From Perkinsus chesapeaki ATCC PRA-425 (Eukaryota; Protista; Perkinsozoa), in contig JAAPAO010000135.1 of the NCBI GenBank assembly GCA_013115145.1, positions 2,486 to 66,485 on the forward strand: DNA of 64,000 nt. The letters are read 5' to 3'. This document shows, in pieces, positions 16,101 to 28,208 of the stretch. Position numbers and translations under genes: made by a program. The notes under the pieces were generated by a model. That model ran no database searches, was not told where the DNA came from, and was given only the letters and a program-made list of their open reading frames with translations. Each line of letters begins with the position of its first letter. Position 1 is the first letter of the stretch.

Positions 16101-19100
16101 TTGGGGTATTTCGAGACAGAAACATCTAAAAACGAAAAGTGTCATTCGGCAATAGTGTGTTCAATTGAGACGTTTCTTCATTGAGATCACACTGTACTAC
16201 TCTTAAAAGCTTTGTCAGCTTTGAGCGCTTACTGTACGTAGTTGGAGTGTGAAGAATTATAATTTACGGTCAACGCTTTTTATCAATATCTGTATACTAA
16301 AGGATGTATCTAGGAGTATGAGGAAATGAATATCTTCTTTCGGTTTCTGCCATTGTGTGGTTTACCATACAAAACCTAGTTTATCGCTCCAAATGCTGAA
16401 CCCTTAGATCCAAATGCTCAACACTTGAAGTCGAACTTTTTGTAAGCACGCCGGGAATTATCTCCACATGAAATCATCTTCTGGTCTCCCCGAACTTAAA
16501 AATATGATGCTTTTATTTCTCAGGCTTTTTCTATTATATATCGCTACAACGGCCTCGAGAGGCATTATGGTGTTCATCCTTTCACCGTTGATAAACACTG
16601 TTGGTGAAAAGTAAAAGTGCCCTCTCTGGGAATCGTACCGCGGACCTTTCCGTTGGTAGATTTTCCTGGCAGGAGCTCGCCCTGTCGGCCTGGAGTGGAG
16701 GGCTCAGAGGTGGAGCTCTTTATTATTTATCCTATTTCGTTCGATGACGCATCAGGTGGCGTTTCGATGGCGTTGGCAGTTTCCCTTTCACGGTCAAACT
16801 TCCTGGACGAGGCCCAAGCCACACAGGTATTTTTCTATTACGGAGGTGGGTGAATTTTTCCGAAGCCGTGAGTAAGTTACCCTCGTTTAATCGCTTCAGG
16901 TCTGGCGTGGATGAGTCTCATCATAAATGCGATGACATGCGGCCCTTTAGTAGACTTTCTTGGACTTTCCCAGCCGCGAGTAAAAAGCCATAGTGGGGAA
17001 ACTATTCACCAACTCGGAATATTTTCCCCCGCTTATAATCGTTGAAAATTTCTCTCAGTTCTCTGTACTGATTAAAATGGAAGCTGTTCGTGCATTACTT
17101 CGAAGAACAGTCTATAGCTTCGGTCCAACAGGTGAGGCAAATCGATCGTCAGGGCGTGCGCTTTTTCAAATCGCGAGCAAGGTCCTGTAGAGGAGCTCTG
17201 TCCGAATACCTGGAGGTATCTTCACGCGCAACCTGAGGTGGCAATGAACTCGGTATTGCAGCACAGGTCGAGTGCTACTGGTGGGGCGCTTTATCATCAT
17301 TCATCCAAGAAGAAGGGAGCTCTTAATCGTACGCTGAAGTTGAGCGATTTCGTATCTTGCACGCTTAACCTTTAGATGCTTCTACCAACCACAAATTTCG
17401 AAGGTCTTTGGCAGCTCTCAAAACCCGTCAAGGCTTGGCAGCCATTGCGGATGCTCCGAACTCTGAATTGTTGGAGTCACAGAGGGAAACCTATCTCAAT
17501 GTTTTGGGTAAATTACGTTAGAAATGCCTCACCTGGGGTTCGAACTTGCGTCTGTATACTCCAGGTCTTCGTAAAAACCCCGTAGGCAAGGATACTGCTA
17601 AAACCGTCTTTGGATGAAAGCCATTCCGTGAACTCGTCTGAAGTTCAATTGGCAAATTTTAAGGTTTCAGTTGGCACTGTCGGGTACCGCTGTATATATT
17701 CCTTTACAATCGGGTCCGCCCTGCCTTGTTTTTACGAAACATTTGCGATGAGGTGACCAATGCACCTACAATAGGCTATAATAGAGGATAATAGGACCCG
17801 CCAAGTTGGTGTATTATCGTCCAGTCTCCGTAATTTTCCCGTTTTGATGGTTCACTTGGAATGTTTTATGTCCGTGGTGATTCGGGATGCATATATTTGA
17901 AAAATGCTCCCTGGGGAATTTGAACCTGCGTACCTGTTTTAGCTGGCTTTTACAGTAAAGCATTGAAGATAGAAGTTATACCAAATCAACCAGAGATTGC
18001 TGGACTTTTGTTGAGGACGGTAGAGCATGCCAAAGTTAAGGTAAACTGCTTGTTTTAGGATTCATGACTCGTTTAAATGACATCGTGGCTTCACCTCTCT
18101 CTATCGTACATGGTAGAACGGCATTTAGGGTCTCTAAGCTCCGGCGGCAATGCTGTTATTGTCATTATATAGGAAAGTATCTCCCTGGAGGTATACTAGA
18201 AAGTCTGACAGAAAGTGTGTCACTAGTGCAGAGTAGGAGGACGAGATAGTTCATAATATATGTTATTAATAAAAGAAGTATATCCTTTTCGGGCCTTTTA
18301 ACCTTTGAATCTCTCATATAGTTGTTCACCTACCCATAACTAGTTTCAAGTGCATTCCTACTCTTCAATGGCATGTGTGGCAGATATCAGTTGGCGTTCG
18401 GGATTGGAAGGCTGTACATGACTTATTAAGACGAGGCAAAGATAGACATACACAGATGAGGAATGCTATGGTACGAGAATCTATCTCACACGCGTGCATC
18501 TGACGTCAGATCGTGCACCTTTTCCTAGATTGCAGCCGAAAGACTATAGAAGTAAGTCTGAGACTTTCTTGCGCGCCAGCAAATCTTTAGGCAGTGACAG
18601 AGCTGATGTGCCCGAATTTCGAGGCGAGTGACGCTAGGACCGGGTATCAGCAACATCAGCAAAACAGCGATATCTTGGAGGAGCTTGACAAGATATTTGC
18701 CAATATGAAAGTGAGTGACATTAAATGGTTATCCTCCTCATCTTTGTTGTTTATCCTTTAGCCTGTCTGGTATGCTGTTAAAAGAGAAGTTGAAGGGCAT
18801 CTGAAGGAGGCTGAGGAAATACTTGGTCAAATGCCAGCAAGAATTGTCCAACTCTCCCACAGGTTAGTTTAGTGCTATTAAATTTGCCATTCAATCCTCG
18901 CTGCAGCGCCTGTCAATTCTATCGCTAACCACGCGACTACCAGTTGAGATAATTATGAAGCTCTGGTGAGGGAGACTGAGATATTCCAGCGTTCTGCTCG
19001 CACTTGCTTTTCCTTCATTTTGGAACTCAACCCCCCTGCAAAATTATAGAAAAATAATTGGTAATAAATTTGTTATTATGAAAATAAATCATACCAAATT

Positions 19101-19621
19101 ATAGTAATATCATGACTCATGCTAAGTCGCTCAGTGCAACTGAGGAGCTGCGCTGTCCACCGTAACTTCAAGGATGGGAGTTGTCGGATTATCTTTCTGA
19201 TTCCGCCTCCATCAACGATCCGTCGGCCCTCGCATCTCGCTGGTTGTTTTCAGCGGCTTTCCTCGAATATATCGAGGAGATTTTATATGGTATACTATCC
19301 GCCATAACAATACAGTCGTATTATATTTGGTATAGTCTTACTGTTTCGGACCAGCAGGAGCTAAAGCCCTGTGTTTCCACCTGATTAGATACCAGAAGGT
19401 TGGTGAGGTCACACAACAACTTCAAGGGGAATTATTTGACTTGGTGGATTCAGGATTGCTTAATCAAACAGGTTAGGCAACTTTGAGTGCTCATTACCGA
19501 CCGAGTTGTGTCGCTGTCTCCCTCAGAAGCCCAAGCTGTTCTAGAGCATATCGACTCTGATGTCCGCCGACTTCAACACAATATAGAGTTCCCGGGAAGC
19601 GTCCCGGATTTGCTAGAGTAG
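13151..19621 (+). CDS. SOS1/NhaP-like (CPA1) Na+/H+ antiporter, many exons, 5' end unresolved
   Basis: Exons give LLVRFIIIAV..VLPPTVAV, WLIVDPHLICFVFIPMLMF, ICFGAIVSGTEPTAAIWILRALG, FIETESLLGDG, WSGGLRGGVSMALAVSL, GLAWMSLIINAMT. SOS1-like cytosolic helices follow and end GLLNQTEAQAVLEHIDSDVRRLQ..LLE*. Some internal exons not resolved. Confidence 0.85.
17522..17554 (-). pseudogene. tRNA 3'-end-like remnant, antisense in an antiporter intron
   Basis: Minus strand: GCAAG TTCGAAC CCCAG GTGAGGC A TTT. Confidence 0.65.
17900..17934 (-). pseudogene. tRNA 3'-end-like remnant, antisense in the same antiporter intron
   Basis: Minus strand: GCAGG TTCAAAT TCCCC AGGGAGC A TTTTT. Confidence 0.6.
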
Positions 19622-19921
19622 GAACTGATGTTTCACTGCGCCATAAAATTAAACTCAGACGGAAGAACGACTTCTCGCTTGATGAGAAGGATTCCGGAAG
19701 TGACTGATGATTATTCAATTTCCATGACGTGACAACATTGAACACTAGATGGTGTTTCCCATCTGTCGACTTGTGTTTGGGACTTCTGTACTATAATATT
19801 AGCGAGTAACACCGGTACCCAATTCCTGCTAGAATGGCGCGGAATGTTGATAGGCATCGACGCTCAGCCCGCTCCGGAAAATCTTTTTCCTCTACGAGTT
19901 TCTACCGTTTTATACAGTTCA

Positions 19922-20695
19922 ATGACTGAGTCATCATCACATCTACGTTTCTGTTGTTTTCCACCAAGTAACCGTCCGCCAGTTCCCGAGAGTAGCTCTA
20001 ACGGATCTAGAGTCATCTGGCACGGTGGGCTACCATATACAATTGAAGATGGTTGTGAACATGATAACTACTCCTATGTCGAGACCGATGTCGAGCTCAC
20101 ACCTGAGGTAAATGTCAAAGTTATGGAGCAACCAAGTCGACCATCAATAGCAGCTGTATTGTGGCCAAGTGGACGGTTGCTTGCTCGAGCGATTGTCGAG
20201 CGTCTAGTGGTTCTGCCTTCAAAGGGAAGAGTGATTGAGATTGGTGCAGGGGTGGGGTTACCGAGTTTGGCAGCTGCCAAGACTTATCCGGAGCTGGATG
20301 TCACTGTGACTGATAGACCAGAAGTACTTGGTTTAATCTCAGCTAATATCAAAGCCAACAATTTGCAAGAACATGCCAGTGCGGAAGGGTTCGACTGGTC
20401 TAGTAAAGTTCATCATGACAAAATACGTGCCCAGCACTGGGACGTGGTGCTTGCGGCTGATGTTGTCTACTTCGAAGAGCAGGATCCACTTCTGTATGCT
20501 CTTTCTGCTGTTGCCGAAGATAGACCGGACACACTAGTGGTGTTGGCTTACAGGACTCGAACGCCGGAGGACCTCGAGTATCTTCAAGAAAGAGTTTTAT
20601 CTGCATTCAATGTTGTTGATAGATTTACTATGGAAGAGCCCGGTAGCGGGCGTTCTGAGATACTATCATTGAGATGGGCTGGAGTGAGGAGTTGA
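19922..20695 (+). CDS. METTL21-like protein-lysine methyltransferase (Methyltransf_16 type), intronless
   Basis: VLWPSGRLLA, VIEIGAGVGLPSL (SAM motif I), VTVTD, FDW, VVLAADVVY. Confidence 0.9.
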   Translation: MTESSSHLRFCCFPPSNRPPVPESSSNGSRVIWHGGLPYTIEDGCEHDNYSYVETDVELTPEVNVKVMEQPSRPSIAAVLWPSGRLLARAIVERLVVLPSKGRVIEIGAGVGLPSLAAAKTYPELDVTVTDRPEVLGLISANIKANNLQEHASAEGFDWSSKVHHDKIRAQHWDVVLAADVVYFEEQDPLLYALSAVAEDRPDTLVVLAYRTRTPEDLEYLQERVLSAFNVVDRFTMEEPGSGRSEILSLRWAGVRS

Positions 20696-21624
20696 TTCAG
20701 CGAGTAAAGTCTGTGTTGTGCACGTCAATGCGGTGTATAGTGATTCCGGATGGGTCAAAGTATGAACTCAACTGGATATTGGTCATAGTCAAAGGGCGCG
20801 TACTCAGTTGTTGCTCGACAGTAGTGGCGACGGTGCTCCGTTCCGTCCCAGATCCAGCGCCCACTAGTCTATGGCGAGCTTCGGCTAGCTACCTTGGCTA
20901 GCTATCGTGAGCTGTCTCCCTTCCCTCCGGGTGTTGGGACATTCTAGTCAGGGGCAGAAGCACTCGTGCGAGGGTCGCATAGCGGAAATGAAATAAATAG
21001 TTGATTATACTTACTACGTTTAAACTTTCCACACTCATATAACTTGACGCTGAGCTAAGCTAGATTACAAAGTCAAAATACACAGAGTAATGCAGACAGC
21101 AAGTAACACAGAGCATGTCTCATCATACAGTGTTACTTGTCTGGCTACCGATATAGAAACTTAAGATTCTCAGCTGACGGTTTGCCAGAGTGTTGCAACT
21201 TGCAAGTCCAAAAACACACCTGAGGAAATCTAGATTCCAAGAGACGGGCTCCATTTGTCTACATATTCAGGAGCAGTTCAGATCGGCGCTGGACATTTTT
21301 TGAATAGTCTGTAATCATTGATTCGGTGCGTGTGTTCGCTTGTGACTGACAAGTTTCCAGTTGTGCTTGCCTATCCTCTGATTGTTCTTGGATTGCAATA
21401 CAGTATATCCTAAAGTTCATATTCCTCATGAGTAGCAACGAGGTTGTGGAGGTTACCGAAAAAAGTAGATTGCGAAGAGTAGAGTGACTTGGTGTCTCGG
21501 TATGCTTTCCGCTCGCCCTCGGGCATGGAATTGGCTACAAACGAGACTGCGGGGCCTAAGAGGAGGGTTTATGAATATGACGTTGTAATGAGAAGGATTT
21601 TGCTGCCAGTGTATCTTGTCTTTG

Positions 21625-23177
21625 ATGGCAATGAATCAATCCCTCAAATCTCACAGACTCGTACACATCATTCTCATTATTGTGATCTATCACTGTGATG
21701 CTATAACTTCTGGAGAGACAAGTGGCGTTCTGGTTCAAGAAGGATCAACGGTGCCATTCTTTGCGTAATTGTTAAATCATCTATTCCTCTTCAGTCACCA
21801 AGGTATTCCAGGAGAGGATACTCGGTTTCGAATGGTAGCGATTTCTCGAAAGTAAGTGACCTCTTTCGATCATGCAGCTGGCAAAAAATATACAGTATTA
21901 TTCAGATAACTACTGGCTACTACACACATGCGGATGATTCGATTACACTTGCAGACATACACAAGCTGGAATACTTTGATAGACGGTGAGCTGCAGGAGA
22001 CTTGTATCGCTGCTGCATGTTGTTGATCCGGTAAATTAAATGAGACAGGTCTCCGATGAATATTACATCACAATACAGCCAAGTATCGTTGGTGAATGAA
22101 GATTTTCTACGAGAACTCCCTTATCTATCACTTGTGCCTAACCATCATACTCGCGAGGAAGGCCCAAGTTTGGGAAGGTTGTCGATGAAGGCTGCCTTCT
22201 CGCGTTACCTGAAAGCAGTGCAACAGAGATACAGACAAGCGCATGGGTGTTCCTACGAGTTGTATGTTCGAAAATGGTTCAGCACTAGACACTGTCTAGT
22301 AGACAGCCTTTTGGGTCACACGAAGCGGTAAGAATTGAAAGTGTTAAGTTTATCATTTCAAGATTTAGATCATCTCTTCATTTTAGGATATCGGATGGTT
22401 CAGGATGAATTTGACCATGACGGATGCTTCGGAAGGCTTTAAAATATCTTCAATAGAATTCACATCATTTTGGCCATATGCAAAGTGAGCAAAATTCGTT
22501 GGAAGAAGCTTTTTCGTGCAAAAGAACTCCACGACGTCAGCAAGAGCTCACGCAATTGACTGATTCGTGCCGACGAGTCATGGACGTTGATTTATGGGCG
22601 CAGCGATTGCTACTGATCGGAAATAAATCTAGCCTGCTAGCCTATGAGTCATTGGGAATTCCTATCAGGAGTTTGCTCCGATATTGCTCTCGAGATTCGG
22701 AATGAGCTGTTGATGTGATTATACAATAGAAATGTTGAGAGTATATATATTTGGGTGATTAAGGAGTGTGTTCGAATATATTCATCTCTTCAATGGCATT
22801 TGATATTTCGGTATAGCTCCATCTTGCGATTATTCATCATTCTTAGTGTATCCTCCGACCCTAAGCCGAATATCGACTTCATGCGGAATCTCGAGTCTAA
22901 AAACCGGTATCGTGTTCGGCGAGAGTTGCTGGAATATCCTACCAATGAGCACTTGGATCGGGCATGTATGGTTTTCTTGGATGAAGACATTCGAACTATC
23001 AAAAGAGTTATGCAGGAAGCTCTCAGCACCACTCTCGAGTTTGTTCGCACGGACATTTCTCCTGTGACAAGGGTTGCTGAGGTCCATCGTTTAACTAGGA
23101 CTTACCATCTTGCGAACAGAGATGATCGAATCAGGGGCAGCGAAAGCCGAATAATTCCGTTCGGATATCAACGCTAA
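21625..23177 (+). CDS. Lineage-specific secreted protein, paralogue B
   Basis: Signal peptide MAMNQSLKSHRLVHIILIIVIYHCDA|ITSG; same exon layout as 9375-10753. One junction near 22330 has uncertain phase. Confidence 0.68.
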
Positions 23178-23951
23178 CTTCCCGTCTCTTCCGTCCATTT
23201 ATCAATATCGTGATGTATCAGCTGCGTATGGATGTTACCTTCATCTGAACCTCGTGCATCTTGTGTTCATGTGGGACATCGCCCCGGGGGCAGTTCCGGT
23301 AGCTGCCTAGGGTGAGGCAGACGATTCTCGGTGCGCCGCCAAATTGAAACCCCGCCAAAAATGACGATGACATGGTAACGGTTACATTATAACGAGTCTG
23401 ATTATAGTATAATTATGAGTCTGACTGTCAGGTGCATTTGAATAAGCGACTTAAATCAATTATTTCCTCCAGACTCGATTGTAATGATTTATCTTGATTT
23501 ATCTATCGTCAAAAATGGTGGTTTGAAGGTCGAGAAGCTCTACCGGAAACAGTGATCTAAAAGCGAGATGGGTGTTGGACCAACACTATTGGTTTTGGTC
23601 ATAAACGACTTGTCTATGAGTTCATCTCATTAAGATGCCGCACTGGAGGCCCCATCAGTGCTCCAGTCTGTAGCAGCCTTGTGTTTGAACTTCAAATTTT
23701 GAAGATTACCACTCGGAACTGAGATATCTAGTGACCAAACCCTGATCACTTAGTAAGTGACAAGTTGTTTTCATCTTTCGTCGACATTGTCGACTCGACA
23801 CCAACAGTTAAGTAGGGCACCAAAAGACCGCCTCACCGGAACCCAGTGTGAGTCAGGAGTCTTCAGCGTTCCACCTTCTCTCACTCCCAAGTTGGGAGTC
23901 TCAACTGTCAACATGGAATTAATAATTCCGGATTGTCCATATGACATATAA

Positions 23952-24290
23952 CTACTGAAATAACGTCTTATTCATAAACCCATGAGAATGCTCTTTTTCA
24001 CGACAGAAGAGCCTGCCGCTATGATTCCTCATATTGTTATTCTTCACAGCCTTTCCCAGCCAATAATCAAACACCTCATCGAACCAGGTTCGATCGTCGT
24101 CCAAGACACTAGCTAAGAGAGTATTAACTAAATACTTAATATCTCTACTATGTTGGGAATATGAAAGACAAGAAGTGACCCAGTTCAGTGGCTGTCCTTG
24201 AGAATAAACAACATAGCGTAGACATGATGCATAGCAATGAAACATCGGGTATATAATGGGCAACGTATTCCAGCCATTAGCTTCACACAT
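23952..24290 (-). pseudogene. Decayed ORF, possibly a retroelement gag-like remnant
   Basis: 112-aa protein-like ORF followed by stop-interrupted frames; no diagnostic motif. Confidence 0.2.
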
Positions 24291-24740
24291 TAATAAACAA
24301 GAATAAATGGAGGGATTTGGGGTCGCTCACAGGGTCACTCAAATACTAGAATATGAACTGTAGCCCGGCTATTAGCCGTCGTCACAACTCTGGTGGCAGC
24401 TTCTTGCTTCCGGACCACGGCGGTGTAGGGACATGATGTCCAGTCACGGGTGGCGAATTTGTACGAAGTAGTGGGAAAAAGTCCCAGACTTCATTCTTTC
24501 GATAGTTTATAGAGTTGAACACGGAGATTCAGAATATATCATTGAATTCGTCTAGTTCAATGCGTACGCTAAATTACAGCTAAATCTGTTTTCTTGCATT
24601 TCGTGCAACGCGCTAGCGTGCCGAATCAGCCCTTCGTGACGTGCAGAGTCACTCGCCCACCTCTTGTTACTCTCTAGACTCAAAAGCTATATTATTCATA
24701 TATCACTAGCAAAAACTCTGGAGAAAGGAATAATCTATTT

Positions 24741-26090
24741 TCAATTTTGCGCATCCGATTCCGGTGTGTCCGCTCGGCAGCTTTCTCCGGAGTCGGTGGT
24801 TTCAGACTCTTCATCAGCTGATGTTCTGGCGTCAACGTCGACTTGCCCAGCAGCATCCCAATCAATATTCCAATTGTACGTCACCATACAATCAACCAGA
24901 CGACTGCCGAAAGTACTGTTGTCTCTAGCAACCTTGAAGCGAAGGTCCCATAGCCTCTGTACTCTAGAGTGCAACGCTTCACCAGATTGTTCGGATGAGA
25001 GGCCCAAACCGGCTCCAGGAAATCGCTCATAGTTCTCGAGATATTCAATCGTATGGTCGGAAAGGATATGGGCCTTCAAAGACCAACGAAGGCCAGCTGT
25101 TGTCCAGGAAGTGCGAACTCAATGCGTTTCTCAATTGCCGACTTCCAATCGTCGCGGAGTTCGATACCGAGACAAGTATCCTTGACGAGCTTCAGAGTCT
25201 TCATGACTTCTACAAGACTTTTGGACTTGGCCTCGAAAGGGATTTTGCCTTCCGAAACCGAGTCCAACAAACGGGAGAAAGCGTTGCCCTCGAGAGCTCC
25301 GTTAAAATACGCAGACCTGCGTATCGCGTTACTCTTTAAGGCAGTACAGTGCCGCTGGTAAATAGAGGGGCTCTGCTCGGAAGGTCGAGCCAAACTGTAC
25401 ACCTTATCAGTCAAACCGAGCAGGAGATGCAACGGAGACAGCGACAGTACTTCCATAGGGGACTTATCCCGGCATAGAACTGGCTTTTCCACAACGTTGT
25501 GCCTGTGCTCCTCCAGGTCCTCGGCATGCAGCGCCCAATTTCTGCCAGTCGCAGGCTTACCGTCACATTTAGTACCATTGACGAAGAGGCAGAAAGGACA
25601 AGGAAACTGGCTAGCAGCTGACTGGATCCCGACCATCATTGCAGACACTTTCAAATCACAAGCCACCTGTTTCGTCGAAACAGGTTCGATATCCCGCAAG
25701 CGAAAAGCTCCTGGATGGAATGGTATTCAAAAAGGGCCTTCAGGTTATGCTCGGTCTCGACAGCCTGTCCCGTGGCAACCAGAAAGTTTTTCTCTACACT
25801 CTTCGGGCTTGGTACGTAGTTGCAGTTACCCTTCATGCTAACAATATTAACCGACAATTTCAAAAATTGCTGTCCTCCATCAAACTGGAATTTCAGTCGA
25901 GCGATGCGGTCAGCCTGCCCTTCGGTTACGATATTGAGCAGACGATTGATGTCGGAACATAGACCGTTGAGCAAGGCTCGGAGTTGCGTTCCTGTTCCAA
26001 AAGAAGATTCTCACAGGCAAATATTGGACCGAAGAACTGGTACACTGCAGTGTACCAGTTCTGGCTCGTATTGGCGGGCGCTTCGGGCAG
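24741..26090 (-). mobile_element. Frameshifted DDE transposase of the Chapaev/Transib (RAG1-related) type
   Basis: Across frameshifts: VY(C)SDI, FDGGQQFLK (D1), ACDLK (D2), CPFC, PLHLLLG, KAHILSDH, SEQSGEALH (E). TIRs not identified. Confidence 0.78.
26033..26062. repeat. Perfect 30-bp palindrome
   Basis: AGAACTGGTACACTG|CAGTGTACCAGTTCT; both strands translate RTGTLQCTSS in the ORF track. Confidence 0.97.
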
Positions 26091-26390
26091 CTAAATTGTA
26101 ATGGTAATACTGCTTGTCTGGGGCACTGACCCAATGACACAAGGCTCTGCTAACGTCGCTAATACTGTAACACTGCTAACACTATTAATCTCGCTAGCAC
26201 TGATTTAACATAAAGAAACGTTACAAGGGAATCAAAGCCTTGGATTCCAAGGAGACAGAATCTACTTGTATGCACCCATACACCCATATGGCGTCAACTC
26301 AATGGATCTGCGAATATGGGGGACAGTCTAGGGGTCTTCGCCGCCCTTTAGGTGACAGAGAGGCCCTCGGAAAGACTTATCGTCTATCGA

Positions 26391-26408
26391 CTTGAGCCAA
26401 ATTCACTA
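26391..26408 (-). other. Degenerate spliced-leader-like sequence
   Basis: Minus strand TAGTGAATTTGGCTCAAG versus SL TAGCCAT(C/T)TTGGCTCAAG: 15/18 against the T variant, with an 11-nt exact 3' core. Confidence 0.35.
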
Positions 26409-26636
26409 GCCACCTCACATAGCTACGTGTAATAATGCTGCGCTAGTTTATCCTACTCGCAACTCCGTTCTTCATACCCACGCGTTCAGTATTCGGTTGC
26501 AGTGAAAACTCGTCCTTATACACCGACCTACGGACCCCGTAGTATGGAGCGCTGTGCTGGGATTCGGTAGTCCACCCTGGCAAGGTACAGTAATGACTTC
26601 CAGAGCAAAGCGACGGGGTTTCTCTCCAATAACAGT

Positions 26637-27107
26637 CTATCGTATGCTTTTCCCCAAAGTACTACTTGAGCCTCCCTGTCGTGCCCTAAATGCACTCCAT
26701 GACTCGCTCGCCCGAGACGTGACCGCAATCGGGCATTCGGCAATTTCCATCAGGGGGTTCTCAAGCCGTTGTATTCGTTCGTCCATCAGAAACGCGATGA
26801 AGACGGCCTTTGAGGGAATTATTCTGGTTCGGAGGTTCGTGGCCTTGTCGAGCTTATACGCTGTATCGGATCCGTGAGAAAACTGGAACTCCCAGTCTAG
26901 AAGGATTGATATATTAGGCAGCATTGGCAGCAACTCGCTAGATGGATAGGACACTTCGATCTCCCGACCGATTTCTGATAGATTAAACAGCTGACCACGG
27001 ATATTTTCAGGGAATAATGTAGGAGGAAACCCCTTTGCCTTCGAGCCTTCAAGGCTAAATACGCCAGTCCATTTCATCACTGGCTGAACAAAGCGTATAG
27101 TATTCAT
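26637..27107 (-). CDS. Hypothetical intronless protein
   Basis: 156-aa ATG-started ORF with normal composition; no known motif. Confidence 0.5.
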   Translation of the reverse strand: MNTIRFVQPVMKWTGVFSLEGSKAKGFPPTLFPENIRGQLFNLSEIGREIEVSYPSSELLPMLPNISILLDWEFQFSHGSDTAYKLDKATNLRTRIIPSKAVFIAFLMDERIQRLENPLMEIAECPIAVTSRASESWSAFRARQGGSSSTLGKSIR

Positions 27108-27287
27108 TAGAGTACCGTTGAGAATAACTCAAAATATAGTATTCAGCGTAATGTAGAGGTCGAAGTGGGGTATTCTGATAAAGGATGAACTAGCTTGAGA
27201 AGAATACTTGAGATAATCTCAGAATGGTTGTTGTCCTTAACGACAGCTTTAGAAGTTTATTCCTTAGCGTAATCGGAGACTCTCCTG

Positions 27288-28208
27288 ATGGTTCGCTCCT
27301 CTATTCTGCTTACAGTACACTCGGCGCTCTTGCCACGAATCACCGTTGGACTTGCAACTACATATTGTTATCAAGATGAAAATTATAAGTTATGCTCAAC
27401 TGTCAAGCGTCGGAGTGATGGTAAAATCAACATAGACTTCGCTGCGAGAGCAGGAAGAAAATCAGCTATAATCCAAAGTGTGGCCATGACGCCGGATGTT
27501 GTGGATGTATGGTCAATCGAAGATGTGTCTCGTAAATTCGAGGATGAATTTGGGCGCGTAAGAGTGGCTACGAGATTACAATGGCTTACTCCTAGTGAGC
27601 TCAAGATAGTGTTCTCTGGCGATAAGCAAAAGATGGAAATTTCCGATAATACCGGGAATTCTTTGACATTAACTGATATCAAAAATACGGCCACGCGTAG
27701 ATCACCGACCTCGAGCAGTCTGACGCCGATCGAAGCCGCTGTGAATAAGGGTTCCAAGAACAAGTTACCTGCTCATATTCAAGGAGGAAAATTCTGCAAT
27801 GCGATGGCTGTGAATGGGGTAGACAGCCTTTGGGTTGATATAGTTGAGGCGGAGGAATCCATAAAGGCTGCTATTAACTTCTACGCTCGGGAGGAAGACG
27901 AAGCTATTAGAAGTATTCACGGTACGGGTCTCCTACCACTTACAGTTAATACAGGATTTCCAACGTATGGGCAAGTTGAAGCTAGCCAGCTACGTTCGGA
28001 AAATCATGCACAGGAAACGATTAAGAAACTCGGAAGATTCACTGGCTTCGAGGGGATTAGAGTGGATCAGACTAGCATTGCATTCGATGATGATGTCTAC
28101 ATAGAACTTCAGTTCTTCATCAGCCACGAGGACCCACCGTTGGCGATACCATTATCTAAGAAGGCATGCGGACCGGTTTCCACTGAACTACCAGATGTGT
28201 CGAAATAA
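27288..28208 (+). CDS. Lineage-specific putative secreted protein, intronless
   Basis: 306-aa ORF with a hydrophobic N-terminus (MVRSSILLTVHSALLPRITVG). Confidence 0.72.
   Translation: MVRSSILLTVHSALLPRITVGLATTYCYQDENYKLCSTVKRRSDGKINIDFAARAGRKSAIIQSVAMTPDVVDVWSIEDVSRKFEDEFGRVRVATRLQWLTPSELKIVFSGDKQKMEISDNTGNSLTLTDIKNTATRRSPTSSSLTPIEAAVNKGSKNKLPAHIQGGKFCNAMAVNGVDSLWVDIVEAEESIKAAINFYAREEDEAIRSIHGTGLLPLTVNTGFPTYGQVEASQLRSENHAQETIKKLGRFTGFEGIRVDQTSIAFDDDVYIELQFFISHEDPPLAIPLSKKACGPVSTELPDVSK

Noticed and set aside
16411-16440. Possible extra tRNA-like end (TTCGACT + 13 nt + A TTT, minus strand)
   Set aside because: Spacing is off by one and there is no T-stem; not counted.
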